A program made the position numbers and the translations under genes. A stretch of DNA of 64,000 bases, taken from positions 48,050,001 through 48,114,000 of the forward strand of contig CM060732.1 in NCBI GenBank assembly GCA_030704615.1. The letters run 5' to 3'. Below are positions 22,901-34,667 of the stretch, one piece after another (position 1 is the stretch's first letter; each line of letters begins with the position of its first letter). The notes under the pieces were generated by a model. That model was not told where the DNA came from and made no database searches. It saw nothing but the letters and a program-made list of their open reading frames with translations. Source of the DNA: Takakia lepidozioides. Lineage: Eukaryota > Plantae > Bryophyta.

Positions 22901-25900
22901 AAGCGCAAAGCACTGGGTCTCACTAAATTTTTCCACTGCACAGGGATCAACTCTGAGGTCAAAAGAACCATACTTTGTCGCATTATTAGTCCAGCCTTGG
23001 AAAACGCATGGGTTGGCTAAGTCTCTAGAATCCATTCAAGTGGGCGTGCTTAGAGTGCATGTCAGAATTCTCCAAAACAGCCAATGTGGCTGTTCGGGCT
23101 GAGTTTGGCATCCCTTCCTTAAGCTCCCGACGAGATGAATTCAAGGTCAGATGGTGGGGCCAGGTGAAACATATGTCCAACATCAATATCCTAAGTTAGT
23201 CGACTCTATATCTTGGAAGCAGGATCGCCCTGTCAAACAGGCTAAGTCCTGGCGGAAGAGAGTAGAAGAGATTCTCAAGGATCTGAATCTTAGCCCGCAT
23301 GTCTTGACCCTGCTGGATAAATCTGACTTGGAGGCTGTAGCGTCCAAAGCCATGTCCGTTCCCAGGAAATTGTCTGATGAATATGAAGTTAGGCAGAAAA
23401 CTTCCCTGAACTTGTTTCCAGTCTGTGACATGGGGGAGAGCATCATGGATGACCTCAAGGGTCTACCCACTCTCGGCACTAGACTGAAGTTTACACTCAG
23501 GGCGGGAAGCCTACCTTTGAACAGCAAACAGAAGCAGAGAGCGAAGGGAGAGTGCAATTGCCCGTTGTATGGGTAACCTGAAGACAATATTCATTTTCTG
23601 ATTCATTGTCCAGGGTTCTCTCTCCAGAGAGACGCTCTCCTCAAATCTATCAAGGGAATTGTGCCTGTACCTCTATTTACCAACTTTAAAAGTCTCAAGC
23701 TGAGCCAAAAGCCCAGGCCCTTTTGGGGCCTAGTTATATGGCAAACCACACACAGCAGGTTGATGCTTGTGTAAAGGGATGTCTAGAGGATATGTGGAAA
23801 ACCCGGATCAATTGTTTATTCCAATGTAAGTCTTACTACCGGCGTCAGCCCCTGACAAAGGTAGGTTCTGTCCCTTTGGTTCCGCTCAAACTGGGCGCGG
23901 GGTCAATGGCCACAAGGCTAGGGCAAATAACGTCTTATGAGTACACTCTCTCTCTCTCTCTCTCTCGCTCTCAGACACACGGGTCCATGGCCACAATGTT
24001 GGAAAACCACTGGCGTGTGGTCGGGCTAGGGATTGAACCTAGGACCTCCCCCATTCCGGTGGGGTGCTCTACCACTGAGCTACCCATCCCGTTCTGTTCT
24101 CAAAGTGCCGTGCAAGGGCTATAACCTTGACACTCCAACACTCCCCCTCAAGGCATAGCCCATTCTGACCACCGCCCCAACCTTGGCTCTGATACCATGT
24201 TGGAAAACCACTGGCGTGTGGTCGGGCTAGGGATTGAACCTAGGACCTCCCCCATTCCGGTGGGGTGCTCTACCACTGAGCTACCCGTCCGTTCTGTTCT
24301 CAAAGTGCCGTGCAAGGGCTATAACCTTGACACTCCAACACACAAGGCTATGGCAAACATGAGTACATTCTCTCAGACACATGAATCACATACTTTCTCC
24401 CAGTTTCGGAGAAGGTGTGGTTCTAGGGCGAGCTGGGTGCATGATGAGGACTAGATGGAATTTTGTTTGGCAGAAATCCTGCAGCATGATGGTTGGGGAG
24501 ATCTAACTTTGACCTCTGATCTGACAAAAGAAGTCGGGGATTGAGCTCTATCCTGCACTTGGTTGTTGGCTAGGCTTGGACTGCCTTTCCTTTGGTGAAG
24601 AGCCTCTGCCCATCAAAATTCTTAGTTGCTTGGGATTTGAATTGCATTGTTAGTTTGGCAGCTTGACTAGCATCACTGGTGTGACCCTGTTTCATCCAAT
24701 GGTTTGGTCCTTGAACTGGCATCTGTAGTCTGCATGGTTTCCATAGATGAAGAGCTGATTCATAGTTAAGGAGGCTGTTGTTGCTGGTCCTGTTGGCTTT
24801 CCAAGGCTGTGTAAGCAAGGTTTTTGTTAGAAATTTCCTTATAGGGTGCTTGCAAAAGAATAAAAACCAAAAATGGGGATGCATTGGATAGGTATGTGCT
24901 GGGCATTGATGAGGCAGAAGCTTTTTCCGAGCGATTGAAACGTGAACTTACTGCTTTGGAAGCCGCTAATGTGCATGCAATTCTGGAAAGTGAACCTCTT
25001 GTGGAGGAGGTATGTATGCTGTTTCATTGGTTCAGTTTGTGTGGTTGGAAATGGGCTGGGTTATACTGCAATGCTAGATGGCTTTTTCTTGGTGTAGGGA
25101 TGGCACTGGTGGCAAATCTGGAGGATTACATTCATAGAGTGTAGACCAGTGGACTCCATATTCTTGCTAGCCTCCAGAAAGTTAAGGCATTCTGGTTTCT
25201 GTGACCGCTATGTGGTAATATTCTACCCCAGATTTTTCAAGGCCAATTGCTAGTCCATGACTGAACAGTGAATGTCTTGGCTCGACATAGTCCATGGAAT
25301 CACTCATGCAGATCCATTATGGATGGGCGAGGAGAAACAGCTTTAAAGGGAGAAGGTTGTTAGAGGCTGTGAGTAGTTTTTGTTAATTGCAAATAAGGAT
25401 GGATGTGCAGGTGCTGCAGCAGCTTGATGCAGCCACAGGGAGTGTGGAGGATATGGATGAATGGCTGGGTATCTTCAATGTCAAACTGCGTCACATGCGT
25501 GAAGACATTGAGTCGGTATGGTCCATCCCGGAAGATAGAGAGTCTGAGACAAATGTGTACCCGGAGAAGTAGAAATGCAACTTGTACCAAGGACCGATAT
25601 TCCTAGTCTGTGAGCAGGTGCAATATAGGGGCTGAGCTCTATTGCATGCACACTGAGTTAGTTGGTCTCCCATTGTTGGGAACCTGCAGCAGCTTAAGAC
25701 GCGTTAGAACTCTTACATTTGACCTGAGAAGATGGTCATATTTGGAATTTAAGGGTGGTTGTTCAAGTCATGCACAGTTCCCTCGGCAAGTTAATGAAAG
25801 CATTGGAGGACAATTAGATTGCACTTCTTTCCTTTCTGGCATTACAGAGGTACTTCATGGTCTTGCTCGCTTAAATAGACGTCAATTTCGTTCCAGGCTG

Positions 25901-28900
25901 CTGGCAGGATACTTTCCATCCATCTGAGTGCCACTGTGTACCATTTTGGGGTCCCTTCACAAAACATGTTTCGAAGTGATGCTTTAACTGACATTTTCCA
26001 ATGGAAAAAGCCAGGCATGTGACATCTGTCAACTTTGAGCCATTTTGCCAGGCACTACTTTGTTGATATCGTTAGACTTGCAACAAAGCTCAATAGGCAT
26101 TTCCCTTGAGCCTAGAAATATGTTTTTCTGGCTGTACATTAGTGTCCCTGGGTATGTACTACAGTTCTTTGTAATGTCATGAAAAGGAGTACATTTACCC
26201 AGATGTGCCTCTCTTTTGCTACTTAGGTTATAACTTGAGGTCTTAGAACCAAGTGCTTACGTTTCAATCGATATGTCAACTCAGGAATGATGAGAGAGCA
26301 AACTGGCTGGGTGCTTGGTACATTGACTGGATGACAGTGGGTTGTGACAGATAGAGGCAAGGAACAACAGGCTAGAGATGCAGGCTCAGAATAATGCTGC
26401 GTTGGTTGAGGAACTAAATACTCTGCTGGAGCGATTGCGCGTACCCCCTGAGGTGCACCTTTTCTAGAGTTCTCAACGCTGATGTGCTTGTTGTTAAGCT
26501 TCTTGGCCATGATCCTCTTTCATTTGATGGAGAATGTTAATCATCAGACAAGCAGTCCAAAGCAGGTGGAAGAGAAGTAAAACTGGGGATTGGGGAAACA
26601 TGCAGAGCTCACCCTTGTTGGTACATTCTCTCATCATACAGTGTGGAGGGATGGCCTATGGTTCCGCCTCTGGTCTTGTGGGATCAAGGGAAAGATGTGG
26701 AGAGTTGTCCACAACTTGTATGCTCACACCAAAAGCTGTGTCACTGTTAACGGACAAGGTGTAGCTCAAGGATGTACTCTCTCCCCTCTGCTCTTCAATG
26801 TTTTCATCAATCAACTCCTCGAGGATGTGGAAAGTGAGGGATTTGGGTTAAGGGTGGGTGATACCACCATACCAGCCCTTATGTTTGCAGATGACTTCGC
26901 AGGCATAGGGGAGACTCCAACCAATCTCCAGGAGTTGATTGATTGCGCGAAGAGATACTTTGATCTTTGGGGGCTAGAGGCTAATGTCAGCAAATGTGCA
27001 GTGGTAGCATTCAACGACAGAGGAGAGGGAGGAAGTGATCTTAAGTGGCAGTGGGGTAGCCAAGAGATCCCAGTCCTCCCTTCCTACACTTACCTGGGCG
27101 TTGAGTTCTCCTCCAATTGTAATTGGGATGCACATATCCGGAAAGTTGTTCAACTGGCAAGGGCAAAGCTCTGGGGCTCACTAAATTTTTCCACTGCAGA
27201 GGGGTCAACTCTGAGGTTAAGAAAACCATGCTTTGTCGCGTTATTAGACCTGCCTTGGAGTACGGATCTGCTATATGGGTTGATAACTCCAACCAGGCTA
27301 AGTCTCTAGAATCCATTCAAGTGGGGGGTGCTTAAGGAGTGTATGTCAGCATGCTCCAAAACAGCCAATGTGGCTGTTCGGGGTGAGTTTGGCATTCCGT
27401 CCTTAAGCTCCCGACGAGATGAATTCAAGGTCAGATGGTGGGGTCAGCTGCAACATATGCCCAACACCAGATATCCTAAATTAATCGACTCTATATCTTG
27501 GAAACAGGACCGCCCTGTCAAACAGGCTAAGTCCTGGCAGAAGAGAGTAGAAGAGATCCTCAAGGACCTGGACCTGGATCCGCAAGTCTTGACCCTGCTG
27601 GATAAATCTGACTTAGAGGCTGTAGTGTCCTCAGCCATGTCTGTTGCCATGAGATTGTCTGATGAAAATGAAGTTAGGCAGAAAACTTCCCTGAACTTGT
27701 TTCCAGTCTGTGACATGGGGGAGGACATCTTGGATGACCTCAAGGGTCTACCCACTCTCGGCACTAGACTGAAATTTAAACTCAGGGCAGGAAGCCTACC
27801 TTTGAACAGCAAACAGAAGCAGAGAGGAAAGGGAGACTGCAATTGCCCGTTGTGTGGGCAATCTGAAGACAGTATTCATTTTCTGATACACTGTCCGGGG
27901 TTCTCTCACCAAAGAGACGCTCTCTTCAAATCTATTAAGGGAATTGTGCCTGTACCCCTGTTTACCAACTTTGAAAGTCTCAAGGCTGAGCCAAAAGCCC
28001 AGGCCCTCCTGAGGCCTAGTTTTTGGGCAAATCACACACAGCAGATTGATGCTTGTGTGAAGGGATTGCTAGAGGATATCTGGAAAACCCGGATTAATTC
28101 TTTATATGGAGGTAAGTCTTACTACCAACGTCAGCCCCTGACAGAGGTAGGTTCTGTCCCTTTTGTTCCCGCTCAAACTGGGCGCGGGGTCAATGGCCAC
28201 AAGGCTACGGCAAACAACGTCTTATGAGTACAATCTCTCATCATGCATGTGTTCAGAATGAGTTGTGACATTCAGACCAATACTCTTTAGGCCTTTCTGT
28301 CCTCCTCATCAACTGACTATCTGGTGGCGGGAAGGGGAGGGTAGTTTGCAGCAATGTTGACAGGAGGCACATTTGATGAGGCAAGGATGCCTCAGAATGT
28401 AGAAGCTTGCGATTGGTTGGCTGCTGCACTGCGTGGCCTTGAGCCACCTTATCTAGATGCCAACTATGCGTCTATGCGTGCTGTATGTCATTGCTTCCCC
28501 AAATATATGTAACTGGATGCATTTCTTTTCTATCCACAAGTTCCATTGTTGTAAGTGTCTGTTCCACTGTTCCAGTGCTCAAATCTTGCCATGCAGGTTG
28601 TTCTCTCATCTCTGGGAGCTTACCTCTGTGTATACTGGTGTTGTGTGAGAAGAGAGCTCAGGAAAGGATGACACTGTTCAGAAAAATGATCACCCAATTT
28701 CGTATTTGCATGGATTGTAATCTTAGTACATGTTGCTGTCAATTACAAGCCTGATGAACCCTAAAGCTGTAGACTGGAGTTGGTTTCTCTGAACTTCTGA
28801 GGTTCGGGCATTGGGGGAGAGTGGATGCTTGGTCATTCAGTTTCTGGTTTTCTGTCGTGTTCAGGTGAAGGACAAGCGCACAGAGCTTGAGAAGCTGAAA

Positions 28901-31900
28901 GCTACCTTTGTGCGCCGTGCATCTGACTTTCTCAGAAATTATTTTTCCAGCCTGGTGGATTTTATGATCAGTGATAAGACCTACTTTTCACAGGCATGAC
29001 ACTGCATGTCCCCTTATGCTCTCTTCTTGTGAGATTCCTTATGTTTATTTTAGTGTTGCTACAAGTTTGGTCCTGGCGTGAATTCCAGCTTACAGTTGTC
29101 ACTACATGGGCATCCATCAGCATGCCACATGGCACATAGAGTCGTCGTAAGATTGGTTTTCTCTCTGGTTTGTATATGTTCCTGGTATTAGAATTGTAAC
29201 TACCAACTCTTCTAATTGCTCTCATCTAATAAGTAGGTCCATTGGTTCCCCCTTGCAGTGTTTGGTGGACCGGAGCCTCATGCAGATCTATGGTTCACAT
29301 TTTTTAGACCTTTCTGATATAGACCTCTTTTTGAATGGGGCCAGTATGTGCATAGCATCACTAACAGTATTGCACTATCGCTGTTTTATCTCAGAGAGGA
29401 CAGCTTAAGCGACCAGATCATGCTGACTTACGTTTCAAATGTCGAACATATGCACGAATGCTTCAGCATCTGAAGGTTTGTTTGCTTTGGAGCTGTAGAT
29501 ACGTTCTAACTTTAAAGTGATACATGGCAGTTGTAAATATTGTCAAGAAAGTCTCATATGAGTGCACACAGTTTATTACCACAGAGAGCAGTTCCATTTT
29601 GAGATTCTGTCTTTTTTTGCCAGAGCCTGGATAGGAACTCGTTGGGGCCTCTAAGAAAAGCATATTGTCACTCTCTCAACCTATTGCTTCGCCGAGAGGT
29701 GAGTCCTGAACCTATTGCTTCTATTGTACACATTGCTCTGTTGATTTGTCCAGTGTAGTGTGTCTCAAGTGAGGAGTGGGAGTTGTTAAATCAAAATTTC
29801 TAGATATGGTTTCTAGGCCTGAATTGTCGAGTCACTGAAGAACACAGTCTTTAATGCGAAGACCTAAATGAGGCAAATAATGTCACCTCTATGTTCTGAG
29901 ACTTACTGACTGCTCAAGCTTGTGCATAACCTTCTTTAGTTGAGCTAAGGAGTTCAGGATATGACGATGAGGAGTCAGTGAAGTATATATCTTTCTTTGT
30001 AAGAACTCCTCAGTGAAGTATATATGTAAGAACCTTCTGGTGGTTGGCTCTTGCACAGTAATTTCTCCTCCCGGCACAAATGTTGGGTATATCTTTGTAG
30101 TTTCTTGCATATGCACTTATAGCTGGTCAATCATACGACTGCAGCAATGAGCTAGTGTTCAAATGCAACTAACTGTTCTCAACACATGGAAAGTGTGAAC
30201 TGGAAGCAGCTGCCAGTTGCCAATCTGATCCAGCTTGGGGCCCTCTGGGCTTCAGGACATGTACGGTTGGACAAGCTTTGTCCCTGCCAACTTATTGAGA
30301 GTTACAACAGGCTCTGAGTTGACCACATTCTACTACTCAGGAATAGAAAATATCTTGGTTTGTGATTAGGCACGGGAATTTGCAAACGAGCTGAGGGCAA
30401 GCACCAAGGTGTCAAGAAGCACAGGGGCATGGCTGGACAACACAGTGGGAGGCTCCTCACAGGGCGCCAGTGGTGGGGACACCTCCACTGTATCGGATGC
30501 CTATGCCAAGATGCTGCGTATTTTCATACCTCTTCTTGTTGATGAGGTGCTCAATCCTACCTTGCTAAATATCTTGTCTTGCAGTGTAATTTTTCAGTCT
30601 AAATCCATCCTGACCTTATGTTATGTTTGCAGAGCTCCTTTTTTGCCTCCTTCATGTGTTTTGAGGTGTTGCCTTTGACACCTCCTGGAGTGGGTGATGC
30701 TGAGGATAAGGATGAGGATGATGACATCAGTGCTATGGAGATGGACGGCACTGATGTCAAATTAAGTAAGTGCATTCCTTAAAGTTGTTGCTCCTTCATT
30801 TATGGCTTGTCTTGAGTTCCTGTATCCAGGTGAATTGGCAGGTTTTCTGACAGCTCATGACAGTTTGTGAACAGTTATGGATCCTTGAGAAAGTTTATTG
30901 CTGTGACCATAGGTTGGCTGAGGTGCTCTCACCTCATTCCGAGGGGACCATAGCACCTGGCAGTTCATCTGACGAACTCGATGTAATGTTTGTTTCCCGC
31001 AGCTGAGCAGAATCCTGCAGAGTTGGAGTCATTAAATCAAGCTCTTCAAGAGCTCCTGGATGGGATTCAGGTATTTAATTCACACATTGCTTGTTTAAAG
31101 ATTGTCGCATTATGATTCTAGCTCGCTGTGGTAAGGTTTTCCATTTCATTATTTAGAGACTTTGACAACTACCCATGAACTAATGTGCACTGAAGTGACT
31201 AAGGTGTGATAACAGGTAGAGTGGGTGATGGGTGCAGGAGGATTTTTATGCAGTTGTGGATTGGGCATACAAAATAGATCCCTTGCGCTGTATCTCCATG
31301 CAAGGAGTCACAGAGCGCTATCTTTCTAGCCACAAAGCAGACGCTGCAGGCTTTGTGCGTCGCTTGCTTGCTGACCTCCAGTCTCGGATCAGCCTCCAGT
31401 TTAACCGGGTTCGTTTTTTTGAGGATCTCATGGGCTGGGAATACCTACCCTGCTTATGTAAGAAGCTGCAAGTACTGTTATTTTTTAACAACAACTCAAT
31501 AACAGCACGGTAGGGGGGTACACACCAGAAAGGGACTAGGAGTTGGGTCTTGATAAGGGATCTGGGGTGCATGTATAGTTTGTGGATGAAGCCAATCATC
31601 AAATTGAGAAGCATGATCGCAATGTGAAGCAGACAGGGGTACTCTCCTACATCCCAAGGTTTGACCTCTGTAACTTGCAGCTTGTCATGACTAACTTTTG
31701 CAAGATTAATTCATCTTGTTTTGGGAAGAAGTGGGAGGTTTACGACAACCGTATCTGAGTATTGTGAAGACTTCTATAAGCAAGACTTAAGAAAAGTGCT
31801 TACCTGGAATTGGCTTTGGGTGAAAAACAGAAAACATAGTGCCCACGTACCCCCTGCCTTAATTAGAGACTGTGAAACTGTTGTCTACTTCATGTTGAGA

Positions 31901-34667
31901 AGTTTTGGAACTTAAACTTGCTCATATGCAAGCTTGAATGACTGATGCTGACAGGGCCTGGGCTTCCGCATGCAGCATGCCTCTCTAAGGATTTCAATCA
32001 TCAAGATGTGATGATCGATCTTGATGATTGACCTTCATGACTAGTGCTTGTTAAATATTTCAATTGTTTTCTTCTTGCGCTGTTAAGTTGATTAAGGGAT
32101 GGAGGGGTAGATTTGCTGCTCTTGCTGGAAGAATGGAGAGTCTTATCCAGGGAAACTCAAGAGACGTCGTTGATGTTGCATATACAAAGCTGGTGAGTAA
32201 TTTTTCCTGTTAGCCAAATTTATACCCACACACCCTGGGAAATGTACAGCCACATGTATCATACACTGCCACAGTAGTAGTGGTCTTTGCCATGTGCTTA
32301 AGGATTCCTCTATGTGTGAAATTTGCAGACTACACCCAGAGAATCATGGCTGTGCTCACAAGGGATTGATATCTCCTTAAATTGAAATATCTACTTTATT
32401 ATAAGAAAGTGCAACTTATAACATATGATCTAGCTTATGTCAGAAGATTCACCAACAGCTGTTAACCCTGTGCAACATGAAAACAGCTCTAAGGCCCCTT
32501 GTTTTGATCTCTTCCAAACAATTTGAATGTAAAACCTCTAATAGCTTAGACTGTCAAACAGTGCCACTTCAGGAAGTCCCATTTGAGGACAAACTGAGCT
32601 CAGTGGGTAACCAATAAGTATCCAAGTGAAACATGATAAGCAGGTCTTTGCACATGTCGGTGAATCTAATAGGAGGTTAGGCTAGTACTAGAATCCACTA
32701 ACAGCATACACTGTACACAAAATGATTAGAAATGTTACCAGGTTGTGTGTCTTCTCTGAATGTCTATTGCAACTTGAGATGGCATTGTTGGAGGAGGCAA
32801 CGGTTACAACTTGCTGGGGTAGCTGGGTCCTGAAGTGAGCAGGTAACAAGATAAGGTGGGGTTTTGGTGGGGATTAGGTGGGCACTATGTTTTCCGTTTT
32901 GGAGCGAATTGCACAGGTGGATCCCAAACATGCAGATGTGTTGCTTCTCGAGAACTACGCAGCGTTTCAAAATAGGTCTGTATTTGTTTTTTTGTGCTCT
33001 TTGTCTTCTGCAATGTCTGGCAAGCTTCAATTGAGTGAGTTAACTTGTGAGGCTACAGAAAGCCTTGTGATGTAAGCCATGCAAGGATTTAGGTAACCAG
33101 ATTGTTTCAAGGGTTTTAGGTGTATGGGCTTGGAGGGGCCAGTATGTTTGATCTCGCGAATGTGGTGCCCACCTTAGCCCGCTTCTACCAGCAGGCTAGT
33201 GAGGCGTATGAGCAAGCATGTACCCGCTACATCAACTCAATTATTAATTATGTATGTCTCCTTGTTTTTCTTTGCTTCCATTTTTGGGTTTTGGGTCGCA
33301 CATATTGGTGGTAATGATTGAAGCTTACTGTATGAGTGAATAGTAGACCTAATGACAGCATGCTGCCCGTGTTGACCAAAAGTATGCCAGGCTATGATTA
33401 GAGCTTATGAAGTTGCCCTGCTGTCTGCTTCCCTATTCTTTTCCTCAGCCTTTGCACACTTTTGCTAGTTACCTGCACCTGAAAGTGAATCAAGAAAAAC
33501 AGTTTTTTGTGAAGTGTGCTTATTGGTATTGGAGAGAAGAGAGGTATGGCAAACAAGTACAATTGATATGTCGAAATTGCAATGTGCACAGCAATTTGAG
33601 AAGCTTTTCCAATTTGCCCAAAGAGTGGAGAACCTGCTGTACACCATCACCCCTGAAGAGGTATGCCCTAACTTAAGAATTGTCTGGCATGTTTGTTTCT
33701 ATAATCAGAAGGCTAACTATTTATTAATATATATATTTCTGGGGTTGTCAATTAAGTCAACCTAATATAGCTATCTGCTCATTCTATTACTTGCCAAGGG
33801 AGTGCTCAGGGTTAGCAGGGTAGGGGGGAGCCTATGGAAATAGGTGGGGTTTGGTCATAAGGTGTGTGCTGGTGGAGTGTGTGGCAGGTACCATTTCAGC
33901 TTGGGTTTTCAAAGCCAGATTTGCGCAAGGTTTTGAAGACGAGCCTCTCTGGGGTGAGTTCCTAGCTAGGTGATCATGATTATGGCGACAATCAAAAGAT
34001 TAGTAGTTGTCACTCACACTATCAGCTGTTTGTATTGGAATTGCTTATATTTGTTTTAAGGGGGTGTAGCATCAGATGCACTTTGCTGTCACTGCAGAGT
34101 GTTAAATTGGACCTGGGAATGGGGACAGGTGGAGAAAGCACTACAGGCCATGTATAAGCGTATGCAAAAGCATCTCACATCAGAAGAGCTACTTCCATCC
34201 CTATGGGAGAAATTCAAGGTGTCTTTACGACCTGCAGCCCAGATTTCTCATTATTGTCTGTAGTGCAGGTTATGTCAGCCGTCAGAATTTTGCGGAACTT
34301 GAGTAGATTTTTCTAGTTACGATCAATTCACTCAAGTTTCTCTATTTCAAAAATGGCCACAAGGCTACGGCAAACAACGTCTTATGAGTACAATATTTCA
34401 AAAAAAAGTTTGGTAGTATCTGCAATGGAATTAAATGCTTATCTAAGTATTTGGAAGAGGTTTTTTAGGGGATGCGTGACCTGGCAGGTTTAATGGGCAC
34501 ATACTGGTTCTGCCCCGTTTTCACAATTTTTTGTTGTGATCTTTGTAATGCAGGAAGATTTCTTGGACAAGTATGAGTCGTTGGAAGCTTTGCTCATGAA
34601 ATGTTACCCAAATGAAGCTCTAAGCCCTTCATCTTCTGAAATGAAGGAGCTTTTCAAGTCAGTATAG
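19932..34667 (+). CDS. SEC3: Exocyst complex component SEC3, 25 exons, 885 aa: join(19932-20112,21193-21266,21568-21648,21747-21814,22004-22106,22393-22538,24892-25009,25411-25515,26351-26452,28345-28482,28865-28993,29395-29475,29624-29698,30370-30546,30633-30765,31003-31070,31238-31408,31579-31658,32111-32192,32878-32975,33143-33251,33592-33660,33888-33953,34129-34218,34554-34667)
   Basis: Manually spliced exons (2658 nt, phase-consistent) give conserved plant Sec3 motifs: [92 protein letters not shown]. Confidence 0.93.
22605..23945 (+). mobile_element. 5'-truncated, degenerate non-LTR retrotransposon (FADD-type RT, C-terminal Zn knuckle; RTEX-like, tentative) in SEC3 intron 6, flanked by (CT)n
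   Basis: [29 protein letters not shown] and CNCPLYG. Ends aacgtcttatgagtaca followed by (CT)n. Highly similar to 26638-28233. Confidence 0.85.
23997..24340 (-). mobile_element. TRIM (344 bp) with tRNA-like sequence in both LTRs (Helenus-type)
   Basis: LTRs 23997-24140 and 24198-24340 (TGTTGG...CCAACA; 1 substitution + 1 indel). The 57-bp internal part has an iMet PBS (24186-24197) and a PPT (24141-24150). TSD CACAA at 23992-23996 and 24341-24345. Confidence 0.93.
24219..24290 (-). other. tRNA-derived pseudo-cloverleaf with Pol III A/B boxes inside the TRIM LTR (second copy 24018-24089)
   Basis: GGACGGG TA GCTC-AGTGGTA-GAGC A CCCCA-CCGGAA-TGGGG GAGGTC CTAGG-TTCAATC-CCTAG CCCGACC A. The 6-nt anticodon loop and acceptor-stem mismatch argue against a functional tRNA. 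Confidence 0.85.
26638..28233 (+). mobile_element. 5'-truncated non-LTR retrotransposon (same family) in SEC3 intron 9
   Basis: [34 protein letters not shown] and [17 protein letters not shown]. 11-bp TSD tctctcatcat (26627-26637 / 28234-28244). The ORF stops ~6 nt before the element end. Confidence 0.92.
34352..34393 (+). mobile_element. Extremely 5'-truncated (~40 bp) copy of the same LINE in SEC3 intron 24
   Basis: aatggccacaaggctacggcaaacaacgtcttatgagtacaa is identical to the 3' end of 26638-28233 and is flanked by a tatttcaaaa TSD. Confidence 0.88.

Noticed and set aside
24018-24290. Two tRNA genes
   Set aside because: They lie inside TRIM LTRs and have a 6-nt anticodon loop and an acceptor-stem mismatch; treated as tRNA-derived.
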